Numbered from the stretch's first letter, positions 11,291 through 22,745 are shown. The stretch is 64,000 nt of DNA from Cyanophora paradoxa CCMP329 (GCA_004431415.1 QPMI01000519.1:248001-312000), one strand, 5' to 3'. Translations and numbers: made by a program. Notes: a model not told the origin generated them from the sequence alone.

Positions 11291-14200
11291 ATGCCGCGCG
11301 GGGGGCTCGAGCGCTCGCCGAGCTTCCGCGTGGCGCTCTCCGGTGGCGCGTCCTCGGCCAACCCAATCTTCCACGAGCTGTATGAGGGTGCCCTCGACGG
11401 CACCGATGTCTTGCAATCGAAGCGCGCCGAGGGGCTCGTCCCCGCCACGTACTTCGCCGCGTCCCTCGCCGAGTTCGAGTTTCAGCTCAAGTCCTACCTC
11501 GAGTCGCGCGGCGTCCCCGCCGGCACCAAGGCCGTCCTCCTCGTCGACGGGACGCCCAAGCGTCTCGCCGGCTCCGCTCAGGCGGCCGAGGACTTCGTCA
11601 GGGACGCCCTCGCGGCCGCCGGACTCGCCCCCGCGCCGGCGGCCGTCGACGTGCCGCAGCTCGCCGGGGCCGGGGCCGATGGCGCGCCCTTCCACGCGGA
11701 CGTCTCCGCCGCGAGGGCGCTCGAGCCGATCTTCCGCGACGGCGGCGGCGACGCGGTGTTCGTCGCCGTGGCGCGCCGCGCCGTCGTGGACGTCGTGAAG
11801 GCCGCTGCGGCGGCGGCGCGCTTCGAGGGCCATCTCCTCGCCGTGCCGCCGGCGCTCTCGGGCTCCGCCTACACGAGCGCCTTCTCCTCGCTCGAGGAGG
11901 GCGGCGTCCCGAAGACGTCGCGCACGCGCGCCCCCTCCGCCACCCTCTGGCTCGCCCCCCTCCTCTCCCTCGCCCCGCTCCGCCTCGCCCGTCAGGGGTC
12001 CGTCGGCGCGCGCGCCCGCGCGTTGAGGAAAGTTCGCCCCTTACCCCCCCGCAGATTCGCGGTGGCGAGCGCGTTCGCGCTGGCGGGGGCCGACTGGTAC
12101 CTCGGCTTCAAGCTGCACGTCGTGGAGGGGTACAACGAGGCCGTCCACCGGCTCATGGCCCCCGCGCTCGCCGCCCTCCGCGCCCGCGCCGCGGAGCTCG
12201 GCGCGGCGAGGGAGGGCGAGCCCCTGCCGGCGGGCGTCGCTGCGGCCCTCGCCGCCGCGCTGTCCATGGCGGGGGTGGCCTGCAACGTCGCCTCGACGAC
12301 CACCCCCGGCAGCGGCTTCGAGCACGCCGCCGCGCACGCGCTCTCCTTCCTCCGCACTGCCTCGGGCAGGGCGCCCCCGCCCCACGGCGAGGCCGTCGCC
12401 GTCTGCACCGTCGCCGCCGCCCGCGCCCTCGACTTCCTTCTGGACCTGCCCGGATTCGACCCCGCGCGCTTCCGCTCCCTCGACCGCGAGGCGCGCCCTG
12501 TACCCCCGCGCGGTCCCCCCACCCCCGCCGTCATCCCTTTACCCCCACGCAGGACACGGCGCGGGCTGTGCTGGCGGCGCTGCAGGCGGGGCCGTACGGG
12601 GCGGCGGGGGGCGAGCCTCTCCGCGCCGCCGTCGAGGGCGCCGCGGCGTACCACGGTGCCCCCCGCCCGGGCCGTCCGCCCCCGTCCTCCGTCCCACGCG
12701 GCGCATGCGCAGCGTCGCAGGCGTGGCGGAAGGAGCGGAAGTGGCGGGAGATGCGGCTGGAGGACTTCGTCGGGTTCGCGCGCGAGTGGGGCCCCACCCG
12801 CCGCCGCCTCCGCGAGGCCGCCCCCGCGCCCCGGAGCTCGCCGCCGCCCTCGCCGCCGCCGGCCTCCCCACGGGCCCCGGCGCCTCCCTGGGCGAGGACG
12901 AGCTCGCGTGGGCCCTCCGCTTCGCGCCCTTTGCGCGGCACCGCTTCAACACGGGCAACCTGCTCCGCTGGCTCGGCCACGACCCCGTCGCCGCCTGCGG
13001 GCTATCCCAGGCCGCAGCCGCCGGCGCCGCCCCGCCGGGCCCGCCGCTCTCGCTCTCCATCGCCGCCGCCGTGCCCTCCGTGCGGCTGCCGGCCCCCGCG
13101 GAGGAGGGCGCCGCCGCCTCCCCCTCGCCCCACTTCCGCCTCTTCTACCAGGCACTCGCCTACGAGGGCCCGCCCTGCCCCCCTCCAGGCTCCAGCTTCC
13201 CCCCCCGCTTTTCTGATCTGGTACCCCCCAGACGTGCTGGGGGAGCGCTTCGCGCGGCTGATCCCCGCCCAGTACTACGCGGACAGCCTCGAGTGCGCGT
13301 ACCTCACCCCTGCGTCCCCCGCCATGCAGTACCCCCTGAACTCCCCCCTGCGCAGAGAGTTCGCGGCCCAGGTGCCCCGCCCACGCCGAGCGGCGCTGCA
13401 GCGTGCAAGGCTAGCGATGGGGGGACAGAGAAGGATTGCGGGGGGGACGGCCGCAGTCAGCTAGAGTGGCCCCTCACCACCCCCGCCCGTCTCACCCTGG
13501 CGCCCCGCCAGGTGCGCACCTACGCCGAGCGGCGCGGCTGGGCGGGGCGCCGCTTCGTCATCCTCACCGACGGCATCCGCAAGAAGGTGTCCGCGCCCCC
13601 CTGCGCCTCGCTCTCCTCGCTCTCTCACCGCTCCCCTCCTGCCTCCCCTCGCAGGTGGCTGGGAGCGAGGCGGCGGCGGACGACGCGGTGATGGGGGCGC
13701 TCCGCGCCGCCGGCCTCGACGCCGCTCTCGTGCGAACGTTCCCTGCGCCCAGGAGCCCCTCCCCAGATCTAGAGCTTATAACTAGGCTACCAGCACAGAT
13801 TAGCTTTGATTGCCCCTCTCCTTTCATTTCCTCCCCGTAACCCATCGCCCCTCCTCCCCCCCGCAGGAGGACGTGTGCGGGGTGTGCGGTGTGACGGCGG
13901 CCACTCTTGCGGCCTCCGCGGAGCACCTCCCGAAGCTGCAGGCCCTCGTCGCCCGCGAGCGCGCCTCCGTCCTCCTCTGCTTCTCCAAGGCCCGCCCCGC
14001 CCCCCTTGCAGGCCGAAGCCGTCCCTAAATTAAACCCGACGGATTCGAACCCAGGGCGCCGTCTGCGACCTGATGAAGCACGCCGTCCTCCAGTCCAAGG
14101 TACCCCTCTGCGAGCCGCCGCCCCCTCGCCTCTCTGACCGGCCGCAGCTCGACGTACCCCTCCTCGTCGTGCCCCCCGCCCTCGTGCGCCGTCCCCACTG

Positions 14201-15776
14201 TACCGTCGCTCTTCTTTCGTCTTCTTCCCCAACTTTGTAGTACAGACAGTGACGGCCTTTACGTCCGCTTTTGCCGTGATCGATTTCTCCGGCGCCAAGG
14301 CGTGTACCACCCCTCCCGCCCGGGGAGGGTACGGTTGTGCGCCGTATTCCCGCCTGAGCGCGGCCCGGTACCCCCGCAGCGCACTCTCATGTCCCTCGCC
14401 CCCACCGCCACCTTCTGGCTCGCCCCCGTCCTCCGCGTACGCTGTACCCCGAAATCTGCAGTACCCCTTCATGACGGTGCCTCTCGCCGCGATTCAGATG
14501 GCCCCCGCCTTCGTCAACCGCGCCGGCTTCGGCGACCTGCTCGCCGGCCTCCTCGCCAATGGGGTAACCCCCTCGTTTCTGCCGGTACCCCCTTTGCTGA
14601 CAGATCCCGGTCGCCGGCAGGACTGGTACCTCGGCTTCAAGATGCAGGCGCGGCCTTTTCTCTTCAGCTACCCCCGCCGGACCGCCCGCTCACGGGTACA
14701 CCGCCCCGCAGATGTTCGACGAGTACCACGAGCTGGCGTACCGGCTGATGCGCCCGTTTGTCTCGGAGATGCGGGCGGCGGCGCCGGGATTCGGGGGGGA
14801 GGGGGCGCTGCCGCCCGACGTGTGCGCCTCGACCTCGGCGGCGCTCGCGATGTCGGGGGTCGTGATGTCGCTCGCCTCGGCGACGACGCCCCTCTCGGGC
14901 TTCGAGCACGTCGTCTCCCACGCCCTCGACTTCCTCCGCCTCACCTCCCGCACCCCGCCGGCCCTCCACGGCGCCCAGGTCGCCATGGCCTGCCTCGCCT
15001 CGGCGCGCGCCTTCGACGCCCTCCTCGCCCTCGAGGACCCCGCCGCCCTCGAGCCCCCCGGCGGGCCCGCCCCGGCCCCGGCCTCGGAGGAGGCGGCGCG
15101 GGCGCGGGTCGAGGCGCTCCTCTCCGCCGCGCCGTTCTTCGGGGGCGCGACGGCCGCGCAGGCCCGGCCCCTCGACGACTCCGCCTGCGCCGAGGCGCCC
15201 CCTCTCCCACCTGCATCCCCTCGCTCTCTCACGCCCCTCGAAGGTGGCGGAGAGCGCGGGCCACTTCGCGAAGGAGCACGCGCGCAAGGCCGCCCGCTGG
15301 AACGCCTTCCGATCGTGCGGGCCGCGGGCGCCCGCATCGATACCAGAGAAGGCGCGGGCTGACGAGGCGCCGTCGGCAGGGGCCGGGCGTGGGAGGAGCT
15401 GCGGGCGAGCTGGCCCCACATCCGCGAGCGCCTCGCCGGCATGACCGCGCGCGCCCCCGAGGCGCGCCGTGTACCCCGCCCCGTAACTCGCGCTTCCTGG
15501 TCGCAATTTGATCCGCGGGCGAAGGTGGAGTCACTGCTAAAGGCGGCGGGCCTACCCCTCGGCCCCGACGCCCTCCGCCCCGCCTTCTCCACCGACCAGT
15601 ACGGTGCGGCACGGCACCCCCAAGCGTGATCCGGTTGCCCCCCTCCGGGTTTAATGTGATCGCGGGGGCCAGTCTGGGCGGCGCGGTTCGCGCCGTACAT
15701 CCGGCACCGCTTCTCCATCGGGGACCTGCTGCTGTGGGCCGCCCGCGACCCCGCGTCCACCACCGCCCTCCTCTAG
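11291..15776 (+). CDS. Tandem two-domain sn-glycerol-1-phosphate dehydrogenase (EgsA/AraM)-like protein, DHQS/iron-ADH superfamily
   Basis: Domain 2 spliced: GAVCDLMKHA/LDVPLLVVPPAL/TVTAFTSAFAVIDFSGAK/RTLMSLAP...APAFVNRAGFGDLLAGLLANG/DWYLGFK...TPLSGFEHVVSHALD...LHGAQVA...RFAPYIRHRFSIGDLL. Domain 1 repeats the same blocks (ADWYLGFK, SGFEHAAAHAL, HGEAVAV, RFAPFARHRFNTGNLL). The two are joined in frame with no stop. TAG at 15774-15776. Confidence 0.85.
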
Positions 15777-15853
15777 GCTTCCACGCAAGTCGCGTGCGCT
15801 CCGTAAGAATCGGTAAAGCAATGCTAAGGCACAGGCCAGAGCCTGAGAGCGAG

Positions 15854-17457
15854 CTAAGTGGCCTCCTCCTCCGCCCCGTCCCCAGCTTCCGCCCCCCCGC
15901 CGCCCTCGCCGCCCTCGCCGTCCTCCTCCGCGGCCGCCGGAGCCGACGCCGGAGCCGACGCGTCGTCCGCGGCGGGCGCCGCCGCCGACTCTCCCTCGCC
16001 CCCGGCCGCCTCCGCCTCCGCCCCCGGCTCGGGCTCCGGGTGTGTCGCCTCCTCCGCCCCCGCGGGGGAGGCCGAGGCCCCCTCCGGCGGGGCCGGCGCC
16101 GCGTGCTCCTCCTCGGGGGCCGGCGGGGGCGGGGGCGGGGGCCGGGGCTTGGGGGCCGGCTTGACGAGGACGGCCTCCCCCGACGCGATGGAGCGCACCA
16201 GGCGCCTGCCCCCGCGTCAGCCGGAGAAGAAGAAGAAGGAAGAAGCCTCGGGATGCCCAGGCTTGGGTGGCCAAGGCGGCTTAGGCGCGGCGGCCTTAGG
16301 ACAAGAAGCTCTAGCTCTAGAAAGCCTCGGAGCTGCGGGACTTCGAGCACGGGCGGGCGGGGGCACCGGTAGTCGACGAGGGCGTCGTCGGAGGCCACGC
16401 CGGCGCTCTGCAGCAGGTTGTCCACCTGCGGGGGCGTCGGCGGGGGCCCCGGCTGGAGCCGAAAGCGAGGCGCAGGGCAGCAAAGCGCAGGCGTAGGGGA
16501 GGAGCGGTCGGCGGCCAAGGCCAGGCGTGGCGTGTGCCGGAGCGGGGCCGGCGGGGGAGGGCCTTAGGCTGGGGCGCGGCCAAGGCGAAGTGGACTTAGG
16601 CTGGGGCGCGGCCAAGGCGAAGTCTGAAGCGGAGCGTGGCCCGAAGCGAAGGGTGGCGTATGGCAGGCAGAGCTCAGCCTAGAGTCGAGTCGGAGCGCAG
16701 GGCAAGGCCCAGGCTGGAGCAGAGCCTAGGAGAGCGCGTGCGGGCGAGCCTCGCTGTGGGAGAGCATGTTGGCCAGCTCCGTCAGCGCCCGCCGCAGCTC
16801 CCCCGCCGCGATCAGGCCCGTCTGAGAGAGCGCGCGCGCCGCGCGGCGCGTCAGGGGGAGAAGAGAGGCAGGAAGAGAGAGAGGAGTTTAAAGCGGCGGC
16901 GCACGCGGTCCGTGTCGAAGACCTTGAAGGCGTTGCAGACCTGGTCCAGCTCGGCCTCCGTGACTTGGTGCTCCATCAGCGCCCGGAACTGCGCCCGACG
17001 AGTTCGCAGCTGGCGAGTCAGCGGCGCGCGCTGGCGGGCGGTGGGCCAAGAGGGAAGGGCGCGCCTCGTCCATCTCGATGCCGCCGCTTCGGTTCGTGTC
17101 GGCGCTCGCGACGAGGGCCAGCAGCTGATCGGCAGAGTCGGCGCTGGCCGGCAGGGCAGGCGGCCTGGGCAGGCGAGGCGGCCGCACCTCCTCATCGCGG
17201 GGTTCGATGTTCAGCGCCTGCATGACGAGGCGAAGGTCCCGCGCGCCGATGCTACCCGTGCCCCACTTGTCCAGCAGCTCGAACATCTTTTTTACGGGGT
17301 CATCTTTGGCCGGGTCCTTCGGCTTGTCCGGCTTCTGCGGGGGGTTCAGCACTCGGGCTTCTCAGGGCGATTGAAGGTGAGGCACCTTCTGCACTGGGTT
17401 GGGCGGAAAGTGCGCCCCTTGCGCCCGCTGCGCCGCCTGACCCTGCTTGGGCGGCAT
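15854..17457 (-). CDS. Centrin/calmodulin-like EF-hand protein with Pro/Ala/Glu-rich C-terminal tail
   Basis: Reads MPPKQGQ...KKMFELLDKWGTGSIGARDLRLVMQAL, ADTNRSGGIEMDE/FRALM, AFKVFDTD/TGLIAAGELRRALTEL and VDNLLQSAG...LVDYR. These form four EF-hand-like loops, followed by an acidic tail ending EEEAT*. Confidence 0.85.
16563..16623. repeat. Intronic direct repeat of about 29 bp, two copies
   Basis: cttaggctggggcgcggccaaggcgaagt occurs twice in tandem inside a long intron of the EF-hand gene. Confidence 0.8.
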
Positions 17458-18052
17458 GCTATCTTAGCTATGGGTCCCGTGCGGCGCTCACGGACACGCT
17501 GTTGGTCGATGAAACGTGAATAGAGCTGTTTATGACGGATCTGAGCGATGGCGAACTTTGGGAGCTGATTTTCAAGCACAGCTCGTAGAGCGCAGCTTGT
17601 AGAGCGCCTCTATGAGCAGCTGGGTGGTCTGAGACGCCTCGGGGGGAGGACGGCCCTCTCCGCTGGGTCTGGATCGGGTTCGCGGCGCCGGCGAATGCAA
17701 ATGAGACCTGGCCGGTTTCGAGCCGGTGTCGCTTTGGCGTAGGACCATGAATCCCCGCGAGCTCGATCCCCGGTGCAGCTACAGGTCGCACACGGCGCTT
17801 CGGTACGCTTGACTACGCGCTGAGCGCGCCAGGCACCAACTTTCGCGCAGCTGCAGCGTCGTGGACGGACAGGAGACGTGCAGCGAGCTGCTTCGAGTGC
17901 TCAGGCGATGCCCCGAGGACTCCGACTGGGTGCGAGGACATGATTAATCGCGCAATCGCGCCCGGGCGCGGCGCGCGGGGTTCCTGGCCCGTACCCAGGA
18001 ACCGTCGCCGTGCCGAACACCATCCGGACTTCTGACCGCGTGCGCAATGCAG

Positions 18053-18580
18053 GTGGAGGTGAAGAGAGTCGAGAAAGGCGAAAATACGGAGTCTGAGTTG
18101 CGGTGCGCCCCGAAATCGACTGGCCTTCAGTAGGCCTGCAGCTGCAGTTTGATTCACTTCTCACCGAGCCAGTAGGAAGGCGTTCCATTCCGCAATGTTC
18201 CCGGATGAATCCCGAGGAGTTCGGGAGTCGTTCGACAACCTCGCCAAACTTCTCGGCCTGCCGCCGCTCCCGCTGCCACCAAGCTCCCCACCCGCGCCCG
18301 CGCCGAAGCTTCCGGAGGCCAACACGGCGCGAGAGAAGAAGGAGCAATCGTTCTTCGATCGAGCGCGCAACTACTGGGACAGCTTGGAGCCGAAGCCCCG
18401 CCGCACGGAAGGCGAGCGGCCCTGCGCATGCACCGCGCGCGTCCCGTGCAGCTACAGCTGACTCGGGCCACAGAGCAGCTGCACCAGGAGTGGCAGGAAG
18501 GCCTGAACGAAGTGCTGGGGGACGGGCAGCGGAAGCAGGAGGGCCGCGCCTTCGACAAGAAGGACTACACCGACACGTAG
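18053..18580 (+). CDS. Small hypothetical spliced protein (5' end uncertain)
   Basis: Exons VEVKRVEKGENTES, ...MFPDESRGVRESFDNLAKLLGLPP...QSFFDRARNYWDSLEPKPRRTE and EQLHQEWQEGLNEVLGDGQRKQEGRAFDKKDYTDT* (TAG at 18578-18580). They are bounded by plausible splice sites. Confidence 0.5.
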
Positions 18581-18781
18581 GAACCGCTGAGCCGTAGCGA
18601 CTGATATGTAAGCTCGCTATCTATGCCTGAATCTAAATCCTACACCAGTAGCTAGGCCTGGAACTGTGTCGCCTGTCCTCGATTTTCTGCTTAGCTACCT
18701 CAGATGTACGCTATGTAATACGGTACTCTCTGTACTCTAGCTCTAGCTCTCTACATTCTGGGCGGGCCGCAGGGCGGTAAG

Positions 18782-20501
18782 CTATGCAACCCGCTTGACC
18801 TGCAGGGGTCCAGCTCCGGAGTGGGGCCCGGGCGGGTCGGCCTGCTCGGGCTCGCGATCGGGCGCTGCCCCGCTCTGTCCGCCTCCCCCGCCGCCCCGGC
18901 GCCGGGCCCTGCACGCGGGGCAGGAGCCGCCGTAGGAGGCCCGCCTGTTCGGCGTGTCCGCCCACCTGAGGGAAGCGCTCAGCTAGAGCGGCTCCGATCA
19001 AATTCGAACCCAGAAACTCGAAAGCGCACTCATGGCTGCAGGCGGAGCAGAGCCACCAGGCGAGCATGGTTGAGTTGGCGCGCACGTTCCCCGCCCGCGC
19101 GTCCCCGTTCCGCGTCGGGTGCCATTCCGCCGCCAGCTCCGGCCGTGCCGCCTGCAGCGAGTTCTCCAGGGAGGCCACGCCCCGCCCACCCTGCCGCCCG
19201 CGTCAGCCGCCGGCGCCTGGCGCGGATTTGGCGCGGGGGAGGGAGGGGAATGAAGGCACGTGGCTGGAGCAGTAAGGACACGACTGCGCGCGAGGCGGCG
19301 GGGCAGCCGGTTAGCACAGCGCAGCAACGACCGAAGCCGCGGCTGGCTAGTCGAAAAGCGCACGGGCTCCTTGGACGACGTGCGGTCGCAGATGCGGGCC
19401 TGCCACCTGCAGAGTGTGCGCGTTCAACGGTTAGTCTACCCAAAGGCTTGGTGACCCAAGCTAAGGGGAAAGGCCGCAGGCCACCGTACCTGTGGTTCAG
19501 CGCACACTTCCACCTGCGCAGGAGAAGGCCCATGATCAGCTGAAAGCACTGCGGCAAACCGTTGAGCGTGCGTGGCGCCAGCGAACGAACCACGCGCTGC
19601 GCCCGGAGCCGTACGAGTGGTCCTCGGGCCGCGTCTCGTTGAGCTCGGCGCACCACTGGGCGGCCAGGTCCGGCCGCACGACACTCAGCCGGCGCTCCGC
19701 AAAGGGGGCGTCCCTCGGCGGGTAGCCGGGCCGCGGGGTGCTGCACGGAACGCCAACGCGTCAGAGCCCGTCGGAACGAGGATCGGGAGAGCAGGAAGGG
19801 TCGGCTGTGCACTTGATCTTGGAGCGCTTGCACGAGGGGCACCCGAGCGCGCCCTTGGGCCGCGTCCTGTCACCCGGTCTCGCCATGTAGTGGAACTGGC
19901 AGCAGGAGCACTGAAAGAAGAAGATCTCTTTCGAGCCCGCGCAGACTTCGCCCGCGCGCACGCCGTTGAGGTCCGCCGCCGCGTCGAACTCGCGGGCCAC
20001 ACGCGGGTCGACCTCCTCCAGGGAGCGACCGGGGCGCGGCTTCCTTCGCCGCCGACGGCGCTGATACGTTTCCTCCCACGGCATCCTCAGCTGGCCGTCC
20101 GTACGCGCCTCGGGTGCCTCGAGCTCCCGCCTTCGGTCTGATTCTAGAGGCCCGCGCGCGGCGGCAAAGGGCGACGATGAGGCCGAAGACACTTCCTGAT
20201 GTTTGATTCGGAGCTGCAGGCGGGCCGGAGAGCCTCTCGCGCGCGGCGCAAGCTCTATCAGCGCTGGAGCGCCAGCTCCGGCTGCACGGGCGGCTGCGGT
20301 GCGCGGCGGCCTGGGAGTAGAACCAGCTGACAAAGATAACAGCTCACAGCCGAAGCGAGGGCTCAGTTGTGCACGGCGCCGTCGAAGTTTGCATACACGC
20401 GTGCCACCGATCAAGCTCGTGCCTCGTGGCGGGGCGGTCCACGAAAGACGCCTGCAGGTCGAACCAGCGGGCAGGCCCGCTAAAAACCCCAGGCGCTGCA
20501 T
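18782..20501 (-). CDS. Protein with three zinc-ribbon/treble-clef repeats (DUF4379-like); N-terminus resembles an organelle targeting peptide
   Basis: Repeat 1: SLEEVDPRVAREFD...SKEIFFFQCSCCQFHYMARPGDRT...GCPSC. Repeat 2: SVVRPDLAAQWCAELN...YGSGRSAW/W.C..NHR/WQARICDRT. Repeat 3: NSLQAARPELAAEWHPTRNG...NSTMLAWWLCSACSHE/WADTPNRR...SCPAC. ATG at 20501, TAG at 18782. Confidence 0.85.
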
Positions 20502-20714
20502 GCCTGGAGCTAACACGCGCGCTGGCCGCTGCTATGCAGGCGTACCCCAGTTCGCGGCGCTTTCGCTCCTTCTGGGTCTTCGGGCAGCTTTGTTTACGTA
20601 GCGACTTGCTGTGCAAGCTACGTTTGGATGAACTTTGCGAGCAGGCTAACAGCTGCCCGGCCGAAGGCAATGATCCCACCAGCTGGCCCTCCAAGCTCGA
20701 TCGCGAAGTAAGCA

Positions 20715-20718
20715 TATA
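20715..20718 (+). promoter_or_regulatory. TATA-like element at -28 of U2 copy 1, within a conserved ~60-bp upstream block
   Basis: gcaTATAgg lies 28 nt upstream of the U2 5' end. It is conserved at the same spacing in copy 2 (22138-22141). Confidence 0.55.
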
Positions 20719-20742
20719 GGTCCCGAAAATTTCGAGCAAATC

Positions 20743-20925
20743 ATACCTTCTCGGCCTTTTGGCTAAGATCAAGTGTAGTATCTGTTCTTCAAGGAGTGAT
20801 ATCCTTGACGCTACCAATGGTAGCTCGATATCACGATAATTTCTCTGTGGCGGCGGGATCACCTGGGCTTGCTCAGGCCCTGCCAGGGTTGCTGCGGAAT
20901 CGCACTGCCTCCGCGGCGGCCCACC
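20743..20925 (+). ncRNA. U2: U2 spliceosomal snRNA, copy 1
   Basis: ATACCTTCTCGGCCTTTTGGCTAAGATCAAGTGTAGTATCTGTTCTT is the conserved U2 5' end with the branch-point-pairing GTAGTA. Stem IIa is tcaagg/ccttga, stem IIb is gctacca/tggtagc, and stem-loops III and IV are present. Confidence 0.97.
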
Positions 20926-21594
20926 CTTTCTTCTCATACAAACAAATGAAAAACGAATCCGAAATATAGCTGGAAAAAGCTTGGTCATGACGCGGGCGCA
21001 GTCCATGACGCGGGCGCAGTCCATGCGCATGCCTGTAGCTCCGAAAAACACGGGTTCGATTCCGAAAGAGTCATTTCTGCAATCGCTCGATCAGCTGCGA
21101 CCCAGCCGGCAGCCCATTGAGCGGCGCACTCGCAGTCTCTTCATAGCTTTAGCTATCGTGTGCATCATCTTCGAGCTTCGTCGCCCCCCGCACTTTCTCT
21201 AGCGCAGCTCGGGACGGCAGCGGCTTTTTGCGTGCCAGGTGCGACGCAGCCCTCCGAAAAGTTTCGTTGTGGTCCCTGGAGCGACGTGAGTGGTAATGGC
21301 GCGCGCTGGTGGCCTGCCGCTGCGCGTTCCTGTGCAGGTCGCGCAGCGGCTCCCGGACCTTAGCTTTGTTGGACCGCGAGGGCAATAGAACACGTGCGCC
21401 ACGTTGGAGCATTGCCGCAGAATGCTCTTCCATGTGTCCAGCGGGAGATCGGCCTTTGCTGGAGCCGGCACTCCATTGCCGGCCGCCGAGCGAAGGTGCG
21501 GCGGCCGCGCCCTGCGGGAGTCCTATCACGTGCGTCCTCCCTGCTGCCTCTCCGCTTTTTACAGCCACACTACGCTCCCGCGGGCTGGGTGGCA

Positions 21595-21819
21595 AGCGCG
21601 CCTCGCCGTAACCGAGACCAGGCTGCAGCTGGACTATAGCTACGGCCGAGCCAAGGTGCGGCGGGGCGGGCGCGGGGGCGCCGAGCGCGCTGCCGCGCGC
21701 TATAGACCGATGCTGTCTCCTTCGAAGCGGGCGCTGGCTGCCCGACGCGCCGCGGGCGGCGAGCGCGCCTCGCCGTAACAGAGACCAGCGGGACTACGGC
21801 CGAGCCAAGGTGCAGCGGC
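21595..21819. repeat. Imperfect local direct repeat between the U2 copies
   Basis: agcgcgcctcgccgtaac(c/a)gagacca...ctacggccgagccaaggtgc(g/a)gcgg occurs at about 21595-21665 and about 21762-21819. Confidence 0.75.
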
Positions 21820-22101
21820 CGCCTCGCGATCGGCGAGCGTCTGTCTTTCAGGCCAAGGCCCTGCGCACGGCTGCTCCAAGGCCCCGCACCTCCGGATCCT
21901 ACGTGTCGGCACCACAGTGCACTGCAGCTGCTCCCCCGTGCGGGTCCTGGATCGGAGTCCACTCCCGGAGTCCGAAGCCTCAGGCCTACAGCAGGTCTAG
22001 GCGGCTCCATAGTAACGAACACCTGGCCGCCAGGCTTTTCGGGATCCCCTAGCTCCCGAGGCCAGAACCCACTTGGGTCCCGTGGCCGGCCGCCGGCGCC
22101 G

Positions 22102-22405
22102 CCAGCTTGCCCTCCAAGCTCGATCGCGAAGTAAGCATATAGGTCCCGAAAATTTCGAGCAAATCATACCTTCTCGGCCTTTTGGCTAAGATCAAGTGTA
22201 GTATCTGTTCTTCAAGGAGTGATATCCTTGACGCTACCAATGGTAGCTCGATATCACGATAATTTCTCTGTGGCGGCGGGATCACCTGGGCTTGCTCAGG
22301 CCCTGCCAGGGTTGCTGCGGAATCGCACTGCCTCCGCGGCGGCCCACCCTTTCTTCTCATACAAACAAATGAAAAACGAATCCGAAATATGGCTGGAAAA
22401 AGCTT
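22102..22405 (+). repeat. Duplicated U2 cassette, copy 2
   Basis: Near-identical to 20679-20982. Confidence 0.95.
22166..22348 (+). ncRNA. U2: U2 spliceosomal snRNA, copy 2
   Basis: Sequence identical to copy 1 across the snRNA body. Confidence 0.97.
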
Positions 22406-22745
22406 CGAGCTGGTCATGAGGCGTAGCCCGCGCGGCCTGGCCGCTGAGCCGTCCCATTGAAGCCGCTACGCATGCTAATGCAGCCGGCCTCGGCCTGAGA
22501 GTCGGCCCGCGGCTGCGGGTTACTGAAGGGGATCTGCGTCGAGCTCGAGCTCTGCGCCGGCGCTGCGGCGCCGCAGCTACTAGTAGGCTGCTGACTGCAG
22601 CCGCTAAGCATGCGGGCCCCGGGCCGTGCGCGAAGACCAAGGGCCCGGGGCGAGCAGCGTCGGGGGTAATGGCTCGCCCTGGTGGATTCTAGCTCTAGTG
22701 TAAAAACGAAGCACGCTATGCGAGAGATCTGGAGACAGGGCGCGG

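Larger units (their letters stand above)
20679..20982 (+). repeat. Duplicated U2 cassette, copy 1 (promoter, U2 and 3' flank)
   Basis: About 300 bp almost identical to 22102-22405 (offset 1423). The only differences I saw are in the flanks. Confidence 0.95.

Noticed and set aside
20986-21025. 18-bp tandem repeat catgacgcgggcgcagtc as a CRISPR-like array
   Set aside because: Only two adjacent copies, no spacers, and a eukaryotic context.
21199-21471. F-box-like phrase DLPLDTWKSILRQC on the minus strand between the U2 copies
   Set aside because: No ATG in that frame, no supporting exons and no further motif. Probably chance or a decayed fragment.
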